Source: Vermamoeba vermiformis (taxonomy: Eukaryota). Taken from it: DNA of 20,000 nt. The notes beneath the pieces were generated by a model that saw only the letters and a program-made list of their open reading frames with translations, did not search any database and was not told where the DNA came from. Positions within the stretch are counted from its first letter, which is position 1. Every line of letters begins with the position of its first letter. Position numbers and translations under genes: made by a program. Shown here piece after piece: positions 1 to 9,443 of this stretch. The DNA is taken from contig JBEWZL010000269.1 in the NCBI GenBank assembly GCA_045837725.1, forward strand, positions 55,956-75,955, read 5' to 3'.

Positions 1-1400
1 AACAAGTAGACGCCCTTCTTGATCTTTGAGTTCGTCACTCGCACCATTTGATTAACATAGTGATACGCATATGCTCGTTCTTCAACGTCTTTACGGTATT
101 GAGGCAGATCCGGATGTCCAGCAGTCGTATCCACTCGTGGTTTGACCCACCAAGCCAAACCGTAAAAAGCGAATCGATCAGTAAATACTGAGATCGCTGG
201 AGTTCCTATAGGCTCGTTGGGCAAGTCATATTGACCTGATCCACTGTTAGTTCTGAATTTTACTAAATAAGGAAATGTCGCGTAACTTACCCGCTTTATG
301 TTCGGGGATCCAGCGCACCATGAACGGATGCAATGAGCTCCAACCCATAACAGCCTTCGTAACGACTTGTGGTCCTGCGATATCCCACACACCGGGATCG
401 TACGTTGACATTAAGAAGTGCATGGCGTAATACAAAAATGGATGCATCCGGTCGAATATCATGACCGCGCCTATTTTGTGGATAAAATTATTAGTAGAGC
501 AATAAATAAGAAAAATAACCGCAATTTAAATTACCACGCTATTTAAAGTCCGCACACATGACATGATCCAAATTTAGCAAATTAATCGAATTTCTATTAA
601 TGGATGCGGCAAGCAGTTACCGTTAAAAATCAATTATATTAAGGTATTAAACAATATTTGATGGTGAGTTAAGATATGAGCCGTTACTTACCGTTAATTT
701 CGCCAGTCGCGACGTCAGATGGGTGCTGCACTCCCAAAGCATTTCGAACGTGTTCTAAATTCCTAATGACTATCGCATCTGTATCCAAATACACTCCTCC
801 GTATTTCCAAAGCAGCGCTAGTCTCATCGCATCCGTCAAGTGGCTGAAATAGTTGCCTGAAGACTTGTACTGCGGAATATTTTGCGCCCATCGTTCTAAC
901 GGCGTGTCTTTGAATATATTATTCGTGTCTAAATAGTGGTGCACTATATCGTAGTCATTCGTATAAAATGAAAAATCATCCAGGGTCATGTTCGAAGTAA
1001 TTATGTGCAGCCTTGCATTAGGATGATGTGTAAATATGCTGTCTATTACTCTGAAGTGCTTTAATTTGAAATCTTCGCGCTTTGTTGACCATAAAAGGAA
1101 AAAATTGAGTGGATCTTTTCCGCATTTTTTCTTGACCACTAAATTCTTGTTATCTAATTCGAATATAGGCTTCGTGCATTCTTTATCTTTAGTATCCGTA
1201 TATTCGTCAATTACTTCTCCATCTCCAATATGAAACTGCAAAATTTGTTGATCGCATCCAACCGTCTTGTTGTTCGTTACTCGCAATTCTGTGACTAGTA
1301 ATATTATTGCCAAAAATACAACAACTCCTAATATGAGAGTTCGTATTGGTGTTCGTGATAATCTTCTCTTTGAAGCCGCTAAAAAGTAACTGATCGACAT
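1..1400 (-). CDS. Glycosyltransferase family 32 (alpha-1,4-galactosyl/GlcNAc-transferase-like, DxD), type II membrane protein; 3' end runs off the window
   Basis: Exon 1400-692 has an N-terminal hydrophobic anchor (ILGVVVFLAIILLV) and the GT32 motif HLTDAMRLALLWKYGGVYLDTD. The GTAAGT..TAG intron 691-471 joins EING to AVMIFDRMHPFL..W..AGP, typical of the A4GALT family. A second intron starts at 290; its acceptor ends at either 263 or 206, and both are in frame. The last exon reads ..FAFYGLAW..YAYHYVN.. and is open to position 1. Confidence 0.9.
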
Positions 1401-1827
1401 CTACAAAACAGTTAATTTGAATATTGCAGAAAACGAAATATATATATTTATCATATATAATCAAATTTTTATTGATGAACTTACTTCAAATCGTGCTACT
1501 GGCGTTTTTTGATCTTTTTGGTTACGTTTACCTATTTAATTATTTTTATTATTATGCTTAGCAAATGGCACGCTGTATAAATATACTATTCGTTTATAAT
1601 TGAATAAAATATTGCTTAATCAAGTCATTATTGAAATGATCTGAAACGGCTCGATCGTTCTGAATTTAGTCAATGGGTGTGTACTTACAAGACCATAATC
1701 TCGATCATATAATCTATTGTGGTGCTAATAGGGCTGAATAATGACGACCAATTTAATTGTTGATGCTCTAATGGGACCGAACAACAACTGACTTTTTTTT
1801 TCGTTGCAACTTACGTTGTGCAGTTAT

Positions 1828-2125
1828 GGACGGAACTGTCGTTACTGTAGACGGTTCGCTTTTGGAGACCGTAAAGCAGGCACTTGTATTGCATGGCCAA
1901 AATCATAGTGCATTGATTGAGGCTTAGGCTCGATCAGATCGCGTGAACTGGATCGGCAGCGACTTTAAGGGCTGAAACGGGGTTGAACCATACGCAAGGC
2001 ATACCCGGCAACCCTGGGCGGTCAACCGCTTTTCTGGGAATTTCTTGGCTCACGTGCTTTCTTTGTTTGTGCGGCCCCGTTTGTGCACGCCAAAAACAAA
2101 ACACCACAACAGGACCGTCCTTTTT
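1828..2125 (+). ncRNA. Candidate structured ncRNA of about 293 nt, family unassigned, with a putative Pol III T-tract terminator
   Basis: The 5' end GGACGG-aa-CTGT-c-GT (1828-1842) pairs with the 3' end AC-a-ACAG-ga-CCGTCC (2106-2120), followed directly by TTTTT. Internal helices: 1975-1985/2072-2082 (11 bp including 2 G-U), 1851-1872, 1931-1955, 2004-2018 and 2018-2029. The stretch is visibly GC-richer than the flanking intergenic DNA and has no convincing ORF. Strand is inferred mainly from the T-tract; wobble-pair evidence is mixed. Confidence 0.5.
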
Positions 2126-2192
2126 CATGTTGTATTTCTAACGGACAACACAAGAGCTTTTAGTTGATATTAAGTTTGTTTGTCCCAACCGG

Positions 2193-5100
2193 ATGGAGAA
2201 AAAAAGAAAAGCAGATGAGGCCTGGGACGACAAGCAAATACTTAAAAAATCGCGCCGCAATTCTGAAGGTATTTTTTATCGATTTATTATATTTACAAGG
2301 TTAATTCGCGAATTTAATAAGTAATTTATTTATTTGATCTAATTTTCATTTACCTCGTCGACTTTATTTCTGATTTCTCTATTTTTTAGAGTTAGAGATA
2401 TTCCAAATATTTCCACAAGAGATATTACAGATTATTCTACTTTACGTTGAAGATCCGTTGTCTATTGTTCTAGTGTCACTGACCTCAAAACGCTGGAATA
2501 ATCTGGTATCACAATTATTAACAAATAGAAGGTGGCACGAAGTCTATTTAGCCTCCAAAAAGCGGTTTAAAGTGAATATAGACGGAACACTTCTCGACCA
2601 AGGTAAGTTTAGAAAAATCTAATCAGATCTTCGCTTCTAACGTGTCATACAGTTCTAAAATCCGTTTCCTCGCCAAGCCAGAATATTTTTGAATGGGATT
2701 TTGAAATTTATGACTCGCCCGTTACGAGAGATTGCATGAAGATCCAGCAAGATCTGGTCGCTGACGACGAGTACCTTGCTAAATTTCCAATCAAATATTT
2801 CTTCGATCGTAAGATATTATTACATTAGATATAATAATAAACTGTGGCCTCTGCTAATTTTTTTGGCTAGAAAGCGACTACACGCTCTCAATGGACGGTG
2901 TCGACACAAAGCACAAAAATTACGATGCAGCCATTGACTACAAACAACTGGCTTTGAAGTGCGAGGCCAAGTATCGCCAATTTGAACTATGGCGTGACAC
3001 AAAGCCAGTTGTCGAAGCGTTCAGAAACTCCGGGTGCAGTTGTCTCAAAGAAGAAAACGAATTGGCTTTGTACGATGAAAAAGACGAAGAAATTGTCGAA
3101 CTTGAGTCCAAACTCGACGTAGACTTGGATTGGTATGGATCACTGGTGCACGGTATCTTGAACAGCAAAGATTTCGATTACAGTTGGGATGAACACAGCG
3201 AGTCAGACGAAGAAATGGATGCGTCCGATAATCACACTAACAGCGCGGATAATGGTAAAAGTGACGACAAAGAGGCCATGCATAAACAAATATCTGATGC
3301 CATCAAGACGGAAGTGAACGAAGACAACAGCGATGTTGAAGATGAGTGCGAATACGATGGTTTTATTTCCATTGAACAAAGAGACAAGATTTTCGAGTGA
3401 GTCATGCAAAAAACGATTAAGGTCAATTAATAGAGCTAATTTGTTGTTTCTAGAAACGTGTCATCGTCAGAGCGCTCGCTCAAGCTGTTCATTCACGTGC
3501 TGAGTGCCGTGTTGATGGGGCATTGTCCCGCGCCATGCTGTCCCGATTCAGCGCTCATTAGTGTAAGTCCGTGTTGCTATTGTATGTCAAACCTTTATCA
3601 AATGTTGACACGTGTCACTTCAGACAGCCAAATTCGAGCGATCCGTGGTTCGAACAGGCAATGTCGTCGATGAAGTTGTTAATCAGCTCAAATACGCCAC
3701 AACACTCGATCAATCTTCGTCAATCATTTCAACGATGATTTGTGCGCTTCAAAAACTTCGCATGGCGGACTTGTTGTTCTTGAAAAATGGCGCGGAAAAG
3801 AAGTATCCGTACTTGAGCTCTGTTTATTCAGGTTCGTTATTTACATTATCTAATACCTAGCCTATAATATTAATGTTGTACTAGTGTTCGAAGTTGAAAA
3901 CAATATCTCGGAAGTGTTTTACCTCGCTGACAAAAAATGGGGAAAATTCAATTTTCCGCAGCAAGTCAATCCGTGGACAAGTTATTTTCAAGCAGACATT
4001 GCGACTGACGATGATTTTGAAACAATGCCGGATTGGCTGTCAAGTAAGTGACACTAACGCCAAATAATAGCTGAATGTTCAATTTTTTCTTCAGTTCGTC
4101 ATAGCGTTCATCGCTTAATGAGAAAAGGAGGAATTTTTTGTGCCACACCCAATGCCACTGGTAAGTGTTTGATTATTATAATAGCGTTCTTGCGGTACTA
4201 ATAACGGATCCAACAGAGTTTGCAGTCCATAAACTAAGTGAATTTATTCACCGCACGTTGTCATCAGTTGTATCAGAGAAGAAACCGAACGAGAATGTAG
4301 TCGATGTGGCCAGTGAAGATATTTTGAAAGCCCTAGAGATGGGACAGCTGGTTAGGGCAAAACAAACGACAATTTATACTGACAGGAGCGATTTTTATTA
4401 CGAGAATCCAATTGTGATGAATTCTGACAGCGAAGATTACTCGGACGAATCGTCAAGCGTTGATAGTGACTGGGTTGACGAGCCAATTACGGACTTAGAA
4501 GAGGGCGGTATCAACGAAAGCATAGAAGATGAAGACTACAAGGACGACCCAATGCGTAGTATTGTACAAGAAAGTCTCAAAAAGTGCGTTCAACACGCCC
4601 AGTTTGACGCAAAGGAGGACCCTGAAGATTTTGAAATCTCAGTCATGGAAAATTCCGACGAGGAAGATGATTCTGTGGATGAGCGTATCATCAGGCAGTA
4701 AGTTTAAGATTATAGCCTGCCTTCGTTTAAGTTTTTTCTCATCTTGTTATTGTAGCATGGTCGAGCTTTGGGATGAAACGATCGACCAAGCACCAGACCA
4801 CGACGACAAAACAGCTTATTATATGCAAAAACATCTCGTTGAAGACGCAATAGTTTACAGCGGACAAGAGTTGCAGGAAGAAGACGCGCTGGCACAATTG
4901 TTTATTCACAAATACGAAGACGACATTCCTTTTCACGACATGCCTGATGAACAACGCAACAAAATTCTTGAACTCCGAAGTACGTGACGATCGATTTATT
5001 AGTTTAATTAACGGCTCAATTTATTGTTAGAACAAACGAATCAAATGATCAAAGAGCAATGCCAAGAAGAGCTCAGACAGTTACTGGCCACCAAGGTAAC

Positions 5101-5947
5101 CTTGAGCCATGATTATAGTACGTTCTAGACTAACATTATCCAGTACAACCGAATGAAGTACAATGCACGCATGTATGACTCGAGTATTCGAAGCGATGCT
5201 AATGAGTGCAAAACAATGATCGTTGATTTGAATGACGACAAGGCGCTCAAACACACCATTCACAAGGCTTCACAAATCATTCGTAAGCAAATGAATCTCT
5301 AAATGCTATTGGCCTTAAGTATACTTACTTTTTTTACAATAGGCTCAAGTTCCGTTCTCAAGTCTATTAAGCTCATGAACTTGCAGTGTACTAACAAAAA
5401 ACAGTCAGCGCTGATAGCGCCGTTGATGAGTGACATTGCATCGAGTCCGACAATCACGTCAGTGGTGCTATTCAATTGTCACATCACATTATACGGCCCG
5501 TTGATTGATCTTATACAAAAGAACAAGCTCACAAAGTTTCATATGATGTTTCCGATCAATTTAAGTGGAAACGATGAAGATCTTCATGGTGCAAATGAAA
5601 GTGAAAATGAATTCTTATTCGCGCTGCAAAATCAACAATCGATCACAGATTTGATGCTGCCAATCATAGCACAGACTGAATCTCAGTTGAAATTTGTGAA
5701 AATAAGTTTCGTTCATGCACTGAAATCGATGCTCCCGCGATTAACAACCCTTCATTTGTGGGACACTCGGAAAAACCCGGCACACCCCTTCCAGTCCGCA
5801 ACATGCAGCGCCATCGCAGATATTTTAAACCAACCTCATAAGCTCAACTTGGTCGTGCTCCATTCTTGGTGCAAAATGAGCAACGAAGGTGTGAGCGAAA
5901 TTATGCCCCTACTGCAAAAATTGAAGTACGCTGTAAAGGCGCATTAA
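2193..5947 (+). CDS. F-box protein with acidic low-complexity tracts and a C-terminal LRR/RNI-like region, about 1008 aa, 13 exons
   Basis: In-frame GT-AG splicing of exons 2193-2268, 2390-2602, 2653-2808, 2871-3396, 3454-3562, 3624-3831, 3885-4043, 4095-4160, 4217-4697, 4756-4979, 5031-5095, 5144-5282 and 5343-5947 gives 3027 nt with no internal stop. F-box in exon 2: IFPQEILQIILLYVEDPLSIVLVSLTSKRWNNL. The last exon has LxxLxL-type repeats (LKSIKL, ITSVVL, LTKFHM, ITDLML, LTTLHL, LNLVVL). Confidence 0.8.
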
Positions 5948-6451
5948 CAATGCCCAGTTTTGTCCCGTAAGAATTAAAACAATCGGAATAAATTTTTGCA
6001 AGATTGTACGACAGTTTCGTTGTCAGATTGACACCGCACGTGCTTTTTCTCTTCGAATTTGCGTTTTTTCGTTTTTTTCATCCAGGAATTACAGCACAAA
6101 TGCCAAAATCTTTATTGATCGAAGTACTGGAATAATAACAACTTTGGAGTCGATGTTGCAACGCAATCTCGTACCTGGGTAGTTAGCGTGGTAGCCACAA
6201 CGAGGATCATATCGGCAAAAAACAAGTTGGTAATAGTCCGTAAAGATCCAGATAATCGTAGAGAACACTAATTTTATTTTTATAAGCTGCAGCTCGATCG
6301 AGCAACCTGGATGCTTTTGATAAAAGCCAGATCGAGTAAACAATTCCGTTGGATGTCGATTCCAACAAGCTGAAAAAATTGTTAACATTACAAAAAGATA
6401 ATATACAATACATCACCTATATAATTCGTAGAAACTTGAGAATAGAATCGT

Positions 6452-6461
6452 CGCGGGAAAA
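6452..6461 (-). promoter_or_regulatory. E2F-like site TTTTCCCGCG about 110 nt upstream of the second F-box gene
   Basis: Matches the TTTSSCGC consensus; motif match only. Confidence 0.25.
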
Positions 6462-6569
6462 TTGTTAGATAGCCCGAGAACAAGAACAACTGAAACAAAA
6501 TCAGACTTGAAGCTATTATTTATTCAACCATCTTACAGACTGCGCAAGACATCAATAGAACGAACTAAC

Positions 6570-8401
6570 ATGAATTGGTCTAATTTGCCCAGCGAGATCT
6601 TGTTTTCGTCGCTGATTCAGCTTGATCTGCGTTCCTTACTTCGGTGCTCGTCTGTGTGCAAGAGCTGGCGATTGAACGTATTCGATGATCACTTATGGAA
6701 GGTCAGTCTCAAGCGCTGTTTAAATAATTAAATATTTTTGGTTGAATTTTTCTTTATTTTTATTTTTCTTTATTCTAATTTTTCTATTTTTCTAAAGCAC
6801 CTTTACCACGTCGATTTTACGTTCGATAATACTATGCCATATGAAAATCAATCCTGGCGATTTTTACATCTTCGAAAATCGAAAGTTTACAAGGCAATCC
6901 AAACTGGAAAGTGAGTTAGCAACGATTTTTTATGCCGAAAATACATCACTAACTTCGTATTACTAGCGTATATATCAAAACTCTTATTGCAAGCCACGAG
7001 GTGCATAGCGAAAACAGATTCATTGGCCCACATATTTCGATGCATAAAGACAACGTAATTGCAACCTGTGGCAGACAAGCGAGCACGAATTCTGTTAAAG
7101 TAATCGGTTGTCAAGCAAAAAATATTTATACTGAGGAGGTCTCTAAGGTACGCGTGCTAATTTCACTTTTTTTTTGGATCGACTGATCTGGTATTTTTAG
7201 CAACTCGGCAGATCTTGGTACTCTGTAGCCATAGGAGATTACTTACTATCATTCGTACGTATAGGACAATATCCATTATACACTAATACTCCATTTAGAA
7301 CGTTGACACCTACTTGGCTGTCGAATGGCATACTTTAAAAGCCACCAAAATCTCCTACGGAGATATCTCCGAGATTAAATTTGCAGCTGAACGAAATCTC
7401 CCGTGGCATGACGGTCACTTCAAACAAGCTATTTTTAACGCTGATCCGACGGTAACTCAAGTCATTGGAGTGGAGCCAAGGTGAGTTCAGCTGGTGCAAG
7501 TATTTTTTAATAATGAATCATATACTACCAGATTTGGCAACTCTGTGCTATATGACTGGGTGAAAAATGAAAAAATTGACCTTTCAACGCGGATCCAAGG
7601 ACCAGCGCTGGCGTTCTGTAAAAACACTATTGTTTCTACTACACCCGGTGTGTTATACATCTATCAAGACTTTGAACTCGTGCGCCAGCTACCGATTGAT
7701 ACAGGGGTTTATTACGCGGCGTTGAACGATACCTTGGTACGGATCTAAATTTTCGACTTTTCACTTGCGCTAATTTCTTTTGTTATTTTAACAGTTAGTT
7801 TGTTCAACGATTCAGTTCATATGGATATTTGATAGACGCAATAATTACGCAGTATTTAAGTTGAAATACCTACAAAATTTCCCGCTCTTTTTGTTCGACG
7901 ATCTGCTCGTGTTTCGACTTAAATCTGGATTGACTTTTTACGACGTGAGTGCACGAAAAACACTTGGCTCAGTGTTCTATCGAGGATCTATGGCGAAACA
8001 TGTCATTAAGGTACGTTGATCATCGATCTTTTTTGTGACGTTTCATTTGACACGTGTCAAACGCAGCATTCTCCCAACGAGTTCGTGGTGCAGACCGACG
8101 ATACAGTCATGTTGTTGCGCTTCGATACCAAGCCCAGCACGATCAGTGTGATGCATGTCACTGAAGATAGCAAGCTGAGGGTATGACTCGAGGTTCTGCT
8201 ACAAAGTGCTAATTACTATATTAGGAAATCACCATCGAAAGCACCAACTTGCTCAGTTTTGCCATGGAAGTATTGAAATCAACTGTGGACGAGGTTCATT
8301 CGTGCTACGTCATGAAAAATCCAAAAGGCAAACGGTACGCGATTGGTCAATTCCAATTTAACCCTTTAATGATGGGAAAGCGTGACGTTGACAAAGTTTG
8401 A
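6570..8401 (+). CDS. F-box protein with a beta-strand-rich C-terminus (divergent WD40/propeller-like), about 457 aa, 9 exons
   Basis: N-terminal F-box WSNLPSEILFSSLIQLDLRSLLRCSSVCKSWRLNVFDDHLWK, followed by the linker SWRFLHLRKSKVYKAIQTG. Exons 6570-6701, 6798-6910, 6967-7147, 7201-7254, 7299-7480, 7532-7736, 7795-8010, 8067-8180 and 8225-8401 join in frame (1374 nt). The propeller fold is an inference from short hydrophobic strands ending in YD/FD. Confidence 0.85.
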
Positions 8402-8647
8402 CTTTCTAAAAACGAAATTTCATAAAGAATTAATTTTAACTCGGCTCTATCGATATATTTTTCGAACCAATTACCACGACTATACTACATATATATGTGT
8501 AAATATTATTAAATATTAACAATTATTGGGTGTCGGTTGCCAAAAAATTTGACCGGCGTTTGACCGATCGTTTGTCACGCTCTTCCCGTCACTAAAGGGT
8601 TAGAATTCGTTAATGCAAAGTCTGACTTCACCGTACTTAGCTATATC

Positions 8648-8989
8648 ATGCTGTTCAAAGGCAATGCCAATAAGAAAGCCAAGCCGAATGTCAAAGCAAA
8701 TGAACTGCTGCAAGAATATTTCCGCGTGGCCAGTGGCTCTGTGTACATGCCGTTCTGTCCCTACACAACTGAATCTGCAAATATCACTGCAGAACTGCAA
8801 AAATTAGTCTCACTTGATCGAGATTTTGTGGTCACGGGCGATGTGCTGATATTCTGCGAACAAGTTGTCAACGGCAAAAGCGAGCTCGTCAAGCCCGATA
8901 AATGGCCGACAGAACTGTACACGAAGACTGTTGTTGCAGAAAATACTAGTCGTATGAGTGACAATAAGAAACCGAAAAAAAAGAAATAA
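8648..8989 (+). CDS. Hypothetical protein (113 aa unspliced, ending KKPKKKK); an alternative spliced model is 8648-8951 + 9074-9177
   Basis: ATG-initiated ORF with coding-like composition after an AT-rich spacer; no recognised family. A GTATGA donor at 8952 and a CAG acceptor at 9071-9073 allow an alternative C-terminus. Confidence 0.5.
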   Translation: MLFKGNANKKAKPNVKANELLQEYFRVASGSVYMPFCPYTTESANITAELQKLVSLDRDFVVTGDVLIFCEQVVNGKSELVKPDKWPTELYTKTVVAENTSRMSDNKKPKKKK

Positions 8990-9312
8990 ACAAGTGCCAA
9001 AATAGCAGCTCCAATAGCGCACAAGAGTCCTATTAACAACATTATGATTGATTTTCGATCCACGCCTTGCCAGATGATGGCGCACACGTAGAACATCCAC
9101 CCTGTCACCATGCTGTCATCCAGCATTCGATTCGCAAAGCAGATGACAGCTTTGGGGCACTTTGCAATGCCTCATGAAATTTCGTCGAGCGATTGTTTGA
9201 AGGTAGAACAACTGCAATTGCTTAAGGCTGGTGTTGAGTAGTCTAGCGTGTCAAAATCCAAGAACGATTTGTACGACGAACTTAAGCGATGATCCGATTA
9301 ATCAAATTACAG

Positions 9313-9392
9313 GCGATGTATTAGAAGATATATTCCCTGTTGAAATATGGATGATGATTTCAACGGATGTGACACCGGGGCGTCAACATTGA
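9313..9392 (+). pseudogene. F-box-like exon remnant (DVLEDIFPVEIWMMI)
   Basis: After a CAG acceptor (9310-9312) the sequence reads DVLEDIFPVEIWMMIS.., matching the first F-box helix (LPxEIxxxIF), then stops at 9390-9392. I found no clean in-frame link to an upstream ATG. Confidence 0.35.
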
Positions 9393-9443
9393 TACTATTC
9401 AGTTTGGAACAAATAGAAATTTTATTAATAAAAATAAAGACTT

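Noticed and set aside
1741-1801. Box C/D snoRNA-like pair ATGACGA (1741) ... CTGA (1788) followed by T9
   Set aside because: Only about 51 nt, with an imperfect C box, no terminal stem and no recognisable rRNA guide.
1967-1986. AGGGCTGAAACGGGGTTG resembling SRP RNA helix 8
   Set aside because: The bases flanking GAAA do not pair and the AGCA half of the symmetric loop is missing.
1934-2128. 64-aa minus-strand ORF
   Set aside because: No recognisable protein features; it lies within the GC-rich structured element, where stop codons are naturally rare.
6089-6460. Short ORFs between the two F-box genes (minus strand 99 aa and 69 aa; plus-strand fragments)
   Set aside because: No motif and no consistent splice model. 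It could be a decayed gene, but I cannot support that.
8761-9126. Hydrophobic 121-aa minus-strand ORF
   Set aside because: Antisense to the Lys-rich plus-strand ORF, which explains the apparent hydrophobicity.
8987-9292. Possible stop-codon reassignment (frame continues past TAA/TAG)
   Set aside because: Other genes in the window end at TAA or TGA and have no internal stops. Three to four stops in about 100 codons is near random expectation.
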